Program-made: the position numbers and the translations under genes
Source: Selaginella moellendorffii
Lineage: Eukaryota; Plantae; Lycopodiophyta
Assembly (NCBI RefSeq): GCF_000143415.4
Contig: NW_003314290.1
Location: 620,001 to 684,000 of the forward strand
DNA length: 64,000 nt
Direction of reading: 5' to 3'
The notes under the pieces: model-generated
The model's input: only the letters and a program-made list of their open reading frames with translations
Database searches by the model: none
What the model was told of the DNA's origin: nothing
In this document: in pieces, positions 36,449 to 48,158 of the stretch
Numbering within the stretch: position 1 is the first letter of the stretch
How the letters are laid out: each line of letters starts with the position of its first letter

Positions 36449-39110
36449 CTAAGAGATGAGAGACTGGAGAGGCAATGGCTTGGAGCACGAGCAAACATGG
36501 GCCTTTAAGCGCGGAATGTTTGGCTGGACGCAACGGCAGCGATGGCAGCGCAGCTCGGAATCCAGCAGCCTCTTTTCCATCTCCTCTGTGCACTCCTCGA
36601 GCTTCCCGCGGCTCTCCAGCTCCGCGATCACGTCCCGCGAGTCCCGGAAGAAGCTCGTCGTGAACGAGTTCCAATGCTTCTTGTTCTTGAGCCCCGGGGA
36701 GTTGAAGTCCTGGCTGATGACGTGAAGATGGACCTGCCGCATTGATGGTACCTGTGGATCCAAACTAAGTTCCTGTGGAGATACGAGCTTTGGAGTATCT
36801 TACCGAGTGGTAGCCAAGCCGGAAAACGAGAGTGTTGTCTTCTTCCACGAGTTTCTTAGCCCAGCGCTCGCCAACAGCATGCATCTCGCGGAGGAGCGGA
36901 AGGTGCTCGTTAGTAACGTCGGCTATGGAGTCCAATCCAGCCTTTCGCGACACCACTAGAAGATGCTTCTTTGCCTGCACACCAATCGACATTTCAGTTA
37001 GGAACAACAACAACTTTTGAAGCAGCGAACCTTTGCGTAGAGATCAGGCAGAACAACACAATCGTCGGTCACCTCCAGGACCACATTGCTGTGCTTCTCA
37101 GGATGAAACGCTACGTCGTGCAGAGCTTGAGCCCACGCAGGCCAGTTCACTGGCTTCTTGGTAGCGGCTTTTTCTTCCACCGCTGCCTTTAGAGTTCCAG
37201 TTCCGCTCGCGGGGTTGCCTTCTTCCCCTGTAACTTTTCCCACCTCAGCCTTTCCCTTCTTCGAAGAACCTGGAGAATCATCGTTACCATTTTTCCGCTT
37301 CGAAGCTTGCATCATCACAGCAAACGCGTCGCGTGGTTTGCCACCAGGGGAGCTGCTGTTGCTGGCAGGAGACGCAGTTACTTTGGCTTTGGAAGCTTGG
37401 CCTTTTGCAATGGACGCGAAAGTCGAGAAGAGAGCAGCGTAACATTGTCGCAGCAGCCTACAGCCCTGGGAGTAGTCGTCGGCGATGCAGTTTGGCCTCT
37501 GTGGATTCATGTTGGGCCCAAGGACGTGAATGACGTGAGTTACCCCTTCCTTTGTGCGTAGAGGAGACGAGGCAGGCAGTGGAACGGCCACCACCTTTCC
37601 TGGATCCAAAGTTTTCGCATATTTTTTCGTTGCTTCCTCAAAATCGTCACCAGCAGCTCTGTAAATTGCAAGATTCACGCCGCCACCACCACCCTTGAGG
37701 CGCCTGAAACAAAAAGATGTGCGCTCAGCAGAAAGAGAAGAAAAAGCATCCAAGAAGTTGATCTCACCAGTTTGCGGCGTTAGCAATGACTGAGCAACGA
37801 GGGCCTCCGGTGGAATGGAGCTTTGTGATGTCTCCATGAGTCACTAAGAACTTCCGGCTGTCCAAGCCGGCGGACTCGGCCTTGCTTCGAACACGGGAGA
37901 GCATGTCCGACCCTTGGTCTATATCCACCAGCACCAGCCTCAAACCACTGCTCTCCGCACGGCTGAAGAACTCTGACACTGTCTCAACAATGATATTTGC
38001 AGCTTTCTCGTGATCAAAGCGGAAATCTGCTGTAGAGATTGACGGAAACGCAAGAGTTGCGCAGCTTTCTTCAGAAGCTTGCGGCATCGATCCATCACCA
38101 TCTTTAAGTTCTGGAGCAGCGCTTTCCACTCCTTTCTTCGTGCTCGCAGCACTGCTGCTTGCTTGGCCCGCCTTTTTCTGACCACCACCCGGCTTGTTTA
38201 GAAACTGTTCCAGCGATCCCTTCGTCGTGCTGCTGGAATTTCGATCAAAAACTCCCGTTGGCAGCTTTGATGACGAGCTCAAAGATCTGTACGCCACGAT
38301 ACATTCGTCGGCGTCACCATCTGTTCTACACACCGTGATTCTGCTGAATCCTTCCTCCAGCGCTGGAAGCTCCACACCGTGAGCCATCCTTTGAATAACA
38401 GCCCCGACCTTCTTTCCTTCCAGTCCCCCCTCGTGAGAAGTCCGATTCATGGCCCGAGTGATACACGTCCCAACCGGTAAGTTGAGCACCACCGCATGGG
38501 CCTCCACACCGCGTTTCTTCGCAAACTCGATGAATTCCAGCCGCTGCTCGCGGTTGAGATTGGTTCGATCGATGAAGACGCTGCTGGAGGAATTGAGGGC
38601 GATGGTGGCTTGTTTGATACACTGAGCTTTCGTCCCTCGCTTCCCATTGGCGATGATATCCTGCATTTGAAGAAGGGCCCGTTCATTGGGAACGCTCCAT
38701 CTAGACAATCATACATGCCAAATCTCACTCTCACTCCTCTCAAACAATCAAACAGCGAAAAAAGAGAGGAAAAACTCATACCTGACAAATCCTGGTCCAA
38801 GTTTGTGAAGCATTCTCGATGACGCTGGAACAAAACCGGCTTTTTCCACTCCCTGGAACCCCGACCAGCACCACTACCACCAGATTTGGCTCGCACGAAG
38901 CGCTGCCCTCGATGATGGCCGGGGCTAGACTAGAAAAAACAAGAAAACCGTCACAAAATTTCTCGTGCGTCATTCCATACCTTGCTCCTGCGATTGATCG
39001 GCAAAAGCCTTGTCCGAGGAAGGGGATGGAGGATGCGAGAACTGCTGCCAATGCTCGGGATTCTTGCGGTAGCACGCCGCACCGTATTTGCAAACTGGCG
39101 AAGACTCCAT
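36449..39110 (-). CDS. APTX: Aprataxin-like multidomain protein: PBZ zinc finger, P-loop kinase, macro domain, HIT, Zn finger
   Basis: Exon 1 (39110-38981) MESSPVCKYGAACYRKNPEHWQQFSH. Further motifs VLVGVPGSGKS, FIDRTN, GDIT..IANAANW..GGGGGVN..HVLGPN, HLHVISQDF and CHRC..H..C. GT-AG introns. Confidence 0.92.
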
Positions 39111-39310
39111 CGCTTAGAACCCTAAACCTTAAAAACAAAACTTCTCTCACATTTAGCGCTCACTCAGATATAGAGCTACCACCTCGCATAGATCCACTCT
39201 AGGGTTTTGATTTTCTAGGGAGTAAGTAGATCATAGCGGCCCAAGAACACTCCCTAAGATAAGCCCATCCTGAGGCGGAGGGTCTAGAATTCTCACTTCT
39301 CCAGGCTAGG

Positions 39311-41054
39311 ATGGATGGCGTCGTTGTGAAGCAGCAGCAAGGGCAAGTGATCGAGCGCTTTGAGGCGCCGATCACGGTGAAGGTGATCCTAGAAGAGCTC
39401 CGGGAGAGTGGCTACAGGGGTCATCTCATTAGAGAATCCACTCAGTTGAGGGTTCCGCCTCCGACAGTACTTGTTCCCGGAGATGTTGTCGTCTTGGTTG
39501 AGGTATGTTGATATTTGTTGATCTTAGGCCCGCGCTTAATGAATTTTCTGTAACTCTGTTCAGAAGCGTCCTAGAGAGCCGTCGTGGTTTGATGAGCATG
39601 ATGGCCTCCCATCGGCATCCGCCTTTGCAAAGGACGTTGCCGAAATGAAGAAGCAGCTGGGAAAACATGATCCTGTGTATGACTTGGGTCGAAACTCTGC
39701 GCCGATGCCATTGGTCCTGGCACACGAAGCATTCGCGGGATATGTGCAGGCTTTGGATTCTCACCGTTTGGACGTCAAAGACTGGACGTTTGTTTCTCGG
39801 ATGATGGCTATGAGCGGCTACTTCGACCAGGACGTGGACCGACAAGCCGAACTACTGCAATGCTGGAAGCTTTTCTTTGAGCAGAATTGGCCTGGGAAGT
39901 TCAAGTTGACGTCGTCCAGAGAGCCAGATATACTGATTCAAGCACTTGTTGGTGGTGAGTGGATCACCGTGGGCATTGTAGTAGTGAAAAATGAAGTGGG
40001 GCTGGGAGGAGAGCCGTGCGTCGAGTCACTTAAGCATTATGGCTCGCATGCCACATCAAGGATGCGTGACATGCACTGGAGCTACTGGACGTCATGTTTA
40101 CCAGTGTTGATTTTAGAAGTTGTTGGGCCAACGATCAGAGTTGGAGGTGCCATATTTCATGACAGCCCGGGATACGAACCATTCACTCCTTACCTTCATA
40201 TGCTCAAGTTTCTCCAGGATGACGAGTATCTAACGAGGCTCGCAAGAGCTATTGTGGCATTCCCACCAGCTATTGTGTCCATTTCGGCGTTCTATGCAGC
40301 TCTAGCGCCTATGCAACCAACTCAATCTTACTCAGAGCGAGCTGTTGAGGCTTGGTGGCCGAGTCTCTTAATTGCAGAAAAGCAGAGGCATCCTGGGCTT
40401 GAAGTGTCTCAGTTTACGAGGCAAGTATATCAGAGGACAGAGAAGCGGCTCATTTTTCTACTGAAATATTCAACCGGCGAGGAACGCTTGATGAAGTTTT
40501 CTCAGAGATATGGCGCGGATGTGCACAAGGCCTGGAGTGATGCTGGTTTTGCTCCTACATTCACCATTCAGACGTTGGTAAACGGATGGAAGGCTATCAG
40601 CATGGAGTATTACTCTCCCAACACTGGCTGGATTCCATTAAATCGCCTGGAGCCTGGACCTGTCAACCGTGAGCACGCATTGGATCCGTCTTCATGGGAA
40701 AATTGCAGGCAGGCTGTGGTGAAAGCTTATCAGAGCATTCACGAGCTTTACCCTTATCACGTTCATGGGGACCTCCGGAAGCGAAACATCCTGTTCAATT
40801 TAAACAGCTTGAAGGTTGCATTTGTGGACTTCGACTGGGCCGGCACTTCAGGGGATGTTCGCTACCCAATCTTTCTCAACCCAAACATTAACTGGCCCCA
40901 AGGTGTTCAGGCTTGTCACCCTATCCTTCCAGTTCATGACAAGGAGCTGCTCAAATTAGACTTGAACCTGGAACTCAATCTCTGGACGCCGTTGGAGCGC
41001 TTGAAGCCATGCCAACGGCCCTCCGGACATGGGGGGGTTCACTGCTCAGGCTGA
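39311..41054 (+). CDS. Crinkler (CR)-effector-like protein: Ubl-like header, NLS, REase fold, protein kinase (560 aa)
   Basis: Exon 1 39311-39502, phase-0 intron 39503-39563, exon 2 39564-41054 in frame. Motifs KRPRE; EPDIL...KNEVGLGGEP; MKF..Y...H...GFAP, MEY, HGDLRKRNIL, DFDWAG..RYP..LN..I.WP. Confidence 0.75.
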
Positions 41055-41894
41055 GGCACCCATCCATGGCGCTCTTCTTGTGGAAGAAGGCTGTCCTGTA
41101 GCCCGCGTGCACACCACAGTGGCATATCGTCCCCGGTCAAGAATAGGATGTGGCCGCGCTGCTGCCCAGTCTCCGTACTCGCATACGCACAAGATTTACT
41201 TGTAAAGTTGTTCAACATTTGAGCCTGGTTCTCAAAGCAGCTCCAGCTAAACTTAGGAATATAGAGATGCCGCGAGAATCGTTTGAAGAGCAACGGAAGC
41301 GCTGGACCGTCGCCAAGCTCAACCGCTACCTCTTCCGTTAGTTTCTCCTCGTGTGCTCCATCACCACTTGGCTGGGGAGAAGCCTGGCTCTTTGGTAGCT
41401 GTCTCTCTATCGAGCTGGGAGAGAAAAAAACGAAAAACCAAGAACACGGACGAGAATAAGCCAGCTGCGCGCTGGCTCCTCCTGAGAGTCTGTCGATTTG
41501 GTTACTTGAGGAAGCGCAGGAGCTGGTGAAGGGATCGCTCAAGCAATGGACAGCTTCGAGCGTGAGGTATGTTCTTCTAACTAGCAAGGATGTGTCAAAT
41601 GAGAAGGCCTCTTGCTGTGCAAAAGTTTTGGAGTTTGATCTGTGAAGGAGATGCAGCCTGGATGGAACTCCATCAATTCGAAAAGAACGCTTTGCCACTT
41701 TTCAGGTGTTCGTATGCTCGTGGCACAAGCTTACCGGCCCAAGAAAGAGATGGCAGCATCAAGGTCATCAGAAACATTCAACCAAAGGTGGAAATCAAGT
41801 GCCTCCAGGATTGCCTTGGCCCTACAAGAAGATTAAAGGATAGAAAAACGGCTGCTTTTATAAAAAAGAGAACTAAATTTACAACGGCGATAAC

Positions 41895-42150
41895 AACTTG
41901 ATCGCCAGGAAGATCTGGACCTTGGCCGATGTCGAGGATGAAGCGCGGGCATGGGCGATTCGTCAGGTGCTTGCCATCGTCGGGCTCGAGCTGGTAGAGA
42001 TCGGCATGGAAGAGGAGCTTGATGCTACCACGTCCTGCGCCCCAGAGACCATCCCATCCCTCCTGGACATGAATCTATCCCTCACGTACCCAGCTACGAA
42101 CAATTCATGTTGACGCTCCACAGCGATGACCTTCCCGCCGGGACTCCGGA
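41895..42150 (-). pseudogene. Deleted fragment of the REase-fold family (another small + strand piece at 41268-41333)
   Basis: PGGKVIAVERQHELFVAGYVRDR and QLEPDDGK...RPCPRFILD match 42436-43326. Confidence 0.75.
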
Positions 42151-42435
42151 AAGGACATAAGCTCAAGCGTCGTGAGGAAAGGTATTGCCAAAAATTATGC
42201 CAAATGGTTGACAGGAGCTCAGACCACTTTTGAGCTCACGAGCTCAATGCAAGTCAACAGGAGGAGATGCAAAGTCAAGTCCTCAAAGACTGTGTTGACT
42301 TTCATTGACTACAACACTTTGATCAGCTAAATTTGATCTAAGCTGCCAACTCATCTCAGATGAATCGAAGTTCTGAGTTCTTGGATTGAAGGTAAAGGTT
42401 TAATTAAGTTAACACTTCATCTTCTATAGCAAACC

Positions 42436-43326
42436 TCACGAGCTTTCTACAGAAGCTCTATAGTCAGCGCTATCGTGAAACTCTGTCTTGATGCAGTAGA
42501 GATCAAGCGTAACATGGTCGCCACAGTCGACATCGTCACCCCCGCCCTCGAGCACCTTGGCGATTTCGATCTTCATCTCGTAGCTCGGAATGCCCGGTCG
42601 ATCGCATTCCACCCCGCCATGCCCCACTCCGGTCAATGAAATCCCCTGCTCCTCCAGCCACGCCACAGTCACGGGATGGAGTGCCTCCTCCCCAAACGAG
42701 ATGGCTCTCGCAGCAATACCATCACCTTTGTCTCGCTCGAACAACACCGCCACCATCTGCCTCATGCGCGTCTTCAAGTAGCACTTGAGCGCCAGGAAGA
42801 TCTGGACCTTGGAGCCGGGGCTACGGAAGTAGGCGTCCTTGTAGGAGAGGAGCTCGGGCAGCGTCTGGCACTGTCCAACGTCGAGGATGAATCGCGGGCA
42901 TGGGCGAGTGACGAAGCACTTCCCATTGGAGGGCTCGAGCTGGTTGAGAGCGGCATGGTAGGCTTTCATGGTGAGGAGCTTGATGCTTCCCTTGGGCAAA
43001 TGGGCAAATGGAACGTAGAGTGGCGCCCACGTCTTGCGCCCCATGGACTCCCTCACGGGCTTCATCCTATCCTTGACGTAGCCGGCGACGAAAGATTCGT
43101 GCTGACGCTCCACGGCGATGACCTTGCCGCCGGGACGCATGACGCACGACACCCCTAGCTTCCATATCTCGAGGTAGCGGTTGAGCTTGGCGACGGTCCA
43201 GCGCTTGCCCACGGTGCACTCCTCGCGGTTGTTCCATGCCTGCCAGTCGAGATCGTCGTCGTGCTCCGCCTTGCGCTCCACTGCCTGGAGCGCGCGCGCA
43301 AACACCGCTTCGAATCCTCGCGGCAT
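42436..43326 (-). CDS. Uma2-like PD-(D/E)XK restriction-endonuclease-fold protein (296 aa, intronless), CR-effector toxin-domain type
   Basis: Intact ORF with the pattern G.VI...HE, LEP.., PRFILDVG..Q.L..L....YF, IFLALK, AISFG, GVG.GG..C...G.P.Y, LDLY, which I recognise from oomycete/fungal CRN C-terminal REase domains. Telo-box AAACCCTA just upstream. Confidence 0.6.
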   Translation of the reverse strand: MPRGFEAVFARALQAVERKAEHDDDLDWQAWNNREECTVGKRWTVAKLNRYLEIWKLGVSCVMRPGGKVIAVERQHESFVAGYVKDRMKPVRESMGRKTWAPLYVPFAHLPKGSIKLLTMKAYHAALNQLEPSNGKCFVTRPCPRFILDVGQCQTLPELLSYKDAYFRSPGSKVQIFLALKCYLKTRMRQMVAVLFERDKGDGIAARAISFGEEALHPVTVAWLEEQGISLTGVGHGGVECDRPGIPSYEMKIEIAKVLEGGGDDVDCGDHVTLDLYCIKTEFHDSADYRASVESS

Positions 43327-44133
43327 CCTTCGATAAACCCTAGCTAAAGCGCTGCTCTAGGGTTTATCGCGTGCATCCTGGAAGGATTGCTGACGCTCCC
43401 TTTCAGCTACGACAACTAACAAACTCGACGATCATTCCAGTGAGCAACCAGATCACTGCCAGTTCTTGTAAGTACTATTTCCCTCCAACTTTCGTTTTTG
43501 CAGACCTCTCCGATCGTAGCTCACGGGAGAATTTCCGCTGCAAAAATTGCGTGCACATGGTGTTTCTGATGGCTTCTGTCAGGTTACGTCACGTCTCGTC
43601 AAGGAGTGGCTGCAGGAACTTAGGGAATCTCGGCTGTGTAGGAGATTCCTTCCCGTGAATTGGTAGAGCTTGAGCAAAGGTGACTAGTGACCATTCGTCA
43701 TCGGCTCCATGTCAGGTCTGTTTTCATCAGTTTCTAATTCCTTACATTTACAAATTCAGGCCTGTTACTGCAAGTGATTTGTCCTGTCACGGGAAGTGAC
43801 TTATGATCTTTCAAGTACCCGGTGCTGCAAATGCCGCTACCCCAGAGCCTCGCGCAGCTGCTTGCTTCAAGTGCTATTTGGAAGAGTCAAAGTCTTCCTT
43901 GGCGATTCTTCCTGTGTCTTGGTAGTTAGACATCCACGGTTGTTATTCTGCCACGCTTGCCAGTTTCTTTGTTTACGACATTACTCTGTTTGCTTTCCAC
44001 CAAGTACGATCTCCATCCCGGCATGTGCTTGCCTCGTCTTGATCGATTCACTGCCTATCGGTGCTACGATCTCACCGGAGCGGCACGATCTATATCGAGA
44101 GCGCCATCAAATTCGATACCCTCTTGATTTACA

Positions 44134-45750
44134 CTACGCCGTCAGGAACTGGACAGTGTAAGACTTTCCTTTCTCGAGGCTCCTTCCACTAACTCCTTGG
44201 GTGCCAAGCCTGTCTTCTCTTCTTTCGTTTTCGAAGCCTGGTGGTGCTGTGTCTTTGGCGTAGCATGCACTTACGTCTGGGCGAGGAAAGACGCCAGGAC
44301 CATTTGGAAGGCCGCTCCTCCTTCTGGCGCCAGAGGTTTCCAGTCTGTCCGGCCGCGTACTGCAGGATAGAATTGTCTGCAAGGGTTTGAGAGATCGTAT
44401 GTAGGTTCAAAGCCTGAGAAGCTGAAATTAATGAACCACGCCGGTTATCTTCTTTGACAATATCTAAAAAGCACCCTTGGCAAAATCTAAACAGGCACTC
44501 ACCTGGCCGTCGCTTCTCTCATTTCCTCGACCCCGAGACTGCAACCTAAACACCACGAACAGTTAGTAAGAAAAAAGGTCGGAAAAGTTGCTCCTCCAAG
44601 TCAGCAGGATCCTTCTCTCTAATTTCTTTGTCTTCCTTGTTTACTTCTTCACCTCACTTGGAAATGATTTCTGCCGTCGTCAATGAGCTAAATTTCCTTG
44701 AGAGCTTGAGCGCCTTGCAAACTAAGCGGTCAAAGACAAGCTGACTGCTATCAAACATTTCACCGGCCAGTGTTTGCATCACAGAGATACAATGGCCAGC
44801 ATCACCTGAGGTCACAAGAGCAGGAGCTGAGACAGATTAATAACGCTGATACTGCATACAGAAAGCAAATTCTAACCATGCAGCTCCAAAAGAGCAAGAG
44901 CAAGAGCAGTGCCAGTACATCCCATACTCTCAAAACTGCAAAAGCAAGTGGAAAATGGAGATGCATGTAAATTGTACTGACCACTTTCCCAGGGTAGGAC
45001 GCTCACAAATATATATATAGGAACTCATTCAAGATATTGGACACCAAGGGATTCCAAATGGCGAAACTGTAAAAGTGCCTCAACACCCCAAGCACAAACA
45101 AGTACTTAGCCTCGGAAACTAAAGGCAAGTTGGTCCACCTGAAAATTTCTGTTATACCAAGATTTCAAATATGCTTCTAAAAGCCTTTTGGAGAAGTACT
45201 CGTCTATGATACCGGTACACATGCATAATAACTCAACTTATAAATCGAAATTCAAAGAGCTGAACATACCAGAACGCATTGTCCTCCAGCATAAGCAAAA
45301 AATTCATGGCCTGAAAGTATTCACTACTTAGGACAAGTCAAATCAGTAGGATTATGCGTATGCCGTAATGCGTTTCGACTGAGCAGGAAAAGCTTGTGGT
45401 AAGCCCTACACCTAAAACTATCACAATTTGGTTCAAATACTTATCATGTGAGAGGGGAGTTGTTCAACTCTCCTTGTCTTTGTGCAAACATGCACTTGCC
45501 AAAGCTGCCACAAAGACAACCGAGAACTGAGAACGCATGGACGCAAGGAGCAGAATTACCTCCCCTCGAAGAGCCATAGGCGGACAAGGAACTTCTCTCC
45601 ATGGACTTTCCTTTCCATGAATGCCCGATTCGCACTAAGGAATCAGCAACAGCATCCGACTTCGTAAAACTCATTCAATATCAGACCGCTGTCGGTCTTC
45701 CAGCGTCACCCTGCTGCTTGCCGGCATCAGCATCGTCGTCACAGTGGCTC
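44134..45750 (-). other. Unassigned multi-exon gene remnant
   Basis: Several minus-strand donor/acceptor pairs at short spacing (~44416, 44500, 45140, 45270) and short ORFs; no recognisable domain. Confidence 0.25.
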
Positions 45751-46139
45751 CCAAGCTTTTAACTCTTTCTTAAATTCTTTCGCGATTCGCCGGCGTGCTC
45801 CTCGACATTTGCCAGTTTTTTTTGCGAGACTCTGATAAGCTTGCATTAAAACTGGCTTATTTTGTTTTAGACAAAGAGCATCCCCGTGTGCGAATTTGAT
45901 TGCTGAACGAAACGAAAGTTCTAAAGTTTGCATTCTCTCGAGCTTCGGCCATTTTCACCACATATCTTCTTATTCTTCCTCAGAGAACTTTCTTTTTTTG
46001 GTCTTGGGTTTATAGTCTTCTAAAACAGTCTGATGAACAAGAAGAAGAAGAAGAGGAGGATTGTTAACCTGGATCGCGTCTCCACTTCTCCTTCTCGCTC
46101 TCCTCCACATCCATCGTGTGTAATGTAATGCCCAAGCAC

Positions 46140-47040
46140 AAGCTTGTTGGATAGCACACCATCGCGCCCAAAATCGCGATGTCTCATTCATCATGGATTC
46201 CAATTCTCACAGAGCCCAGGGAAAGTGGGAGTCTGGTCTAACCCGGATAGACCAGACAACAATAGAATTCCTCTCGCAATGGAGCATTCCGTGGAAGGCA
46301 AGGATGATTGAGAAGGTTGATGAAGTTCCTTTAACCTCTATCCACGGGAGAGATGGCCCCACGATCTTCCCTTGGATTCTTGTTTCCAAACATGACACCA
46401 GCAATCTTACCGGGATTCCGACTTTGATGAATTGTGGCTTATGCCAGCAACAGCATAGTTCCTCCATGGAACTATGGCTGGGTGGAGAGGGATTTGATGG
46501 AAGCAATGGTTTTTATGTGTTTGAGATTGCCTCCAAGAAATAGCCCGCGTCAGGCCTCAGAATTCCACATTCAATCGCAGATAATCGAACGGTTATAATT
46601 GAATTAAAACAGCGATAATCTCGGCCTTCCCTTCTAGGATTTTGATTTTCCAGGGAGTGGATCATAGTGGCTTTAGATCCTCTCAAACCCCTTGATCCAG
46701 CCCCAACAGGGCACTCAATGCCTTTCATGGGATCATCTCCTCCAATATCTTCTCTTGGAGCTTCCTTATCTTGGAATTCATCCCCAATCCATAGCACGCA
46801 TTTGATAGAATCCATGCAATTTCCGCGACGTCGTGGTGTCGGCATTTTCCCAAACAGGGCATCCAGAGTATGCGCAGAACGCAAAGGCCGGGCCTAGCAT
46901 GGTTTCTTGGACGGCGATCTTCGTGCCATCCTGGAAATTTGGATCTCATGCCGCAGTACAACGGGGTCTCCCTGGAACCTGGCCGCGGCGGCGCGCGCCC
47001 AGGCCAGGCATCTGCGGAGGCGGAGAGAATCCACACTTGG
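46140..47040 (+). pseudogene. Degenerate duplicate of the F-box-like + PPR unit
   Basis: 46170-46500 matches 48315-48560 joined to 51312-51440. 46630-47040 matches the PPR 5' region (51680-52200) with deletions. Confidence 0.8.
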
Positions 47041-48158
47041 GGCGTCTCCTTCCGGAAGTGGGGAGAAAGCATCTCCGTGTGCGAATTTGATTGCGAAACG
47101 AAACGAAAGTTTCTAAGCCTTTCATCGTTTTCCTTCTTTCTGAAGGGCCATTGTCGTTCTCTGAAGAAAATGGCGGAAGGATATCTCAAAGTTACGCTCA
47201 ACAGTGAGGGCGAGGAGGAAGAGATGGAATCCGAGAGGCGGTGGATCAACTCGTCGTCAGCAAGAAGAGGATTTCCCATTTGTGTCTAGCCTGGAAAGTT
47301 TCCACGGTGAAGAAGAACAAGAACAAGAACATGAACAAAGAAAATAGAGGAGTTCTCACCTTTTTCTTATCTCTCGCTCGAACCAATCTGGGGGACTCTT
47401 CTCGGCTTCATTGGCTTCTGGCTGCTGCGATTCGCCGGACGGCGCTGGCGCTGGCGATTCCCTCAGGAACTTTGGGAGGCTGCTGCTCCTTCTTAGTGTC
47501 CTCGTCCTTCTATAATCTATAATGGCCAAAAACACGACAGTCATGATCGATGAAGCGATGATCCAGGAAGAAAGATTAGAGCGCTCGGTAGAGTCACGTC
47601 ATTGCCAGAAATGCACACTATAGATATGCTCGGAAAGGCAGCTACAGATCTCTAGCTTGGGTTGACCGATGAGCTAGACGAACGCACGACCGATATGCAT
47701 CGATCGATGGGCGAGACGATCGCCTCGTCCTAGCGGTTAATTCAAAATATCCTGCAACAGCGAGATATTTTTATTCGAAATATCTCACCGAAAAACAGCG
47801 AGAAATGACGGTCTATTGACGACGATACCGTAACATGCAAGGGAATGCGGCGAGCAGAAGGAAGAACTGATCGACAGCTGCGGATATTTTTGCTAGAGAA
47901 TGCAGGGATGGATGCGTGGAGGGAAATGACAAGATCGATCGGCGCGAAGTTACTTTACAAGATCTTCCGCCAGGCTGCTGCTGCTGCCGCTGCTGCTTTC
48001 TTGCTCGTCTTCTTTTCTGAGATTTCACTGCGAACCAGGCAGGGCTTGTTTGTTGGAGCTCTTGAGTTTTTGTCAATATGGTGATCTTTCACTTCATAGA
48101 ACATATACACGAGGACTAGACAATCTTAGGAGAAGGGAAGAGAAAATACGTTTGTTTA

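Noticed and set aside
39311-43326. Fungal or oomycete contamination explaining the CR-like genes
   Set aside because: They are contiguous with plant housekeeping genes, have a host-sized intron and telo-box-like motifs, and have locally decayed paralogs.
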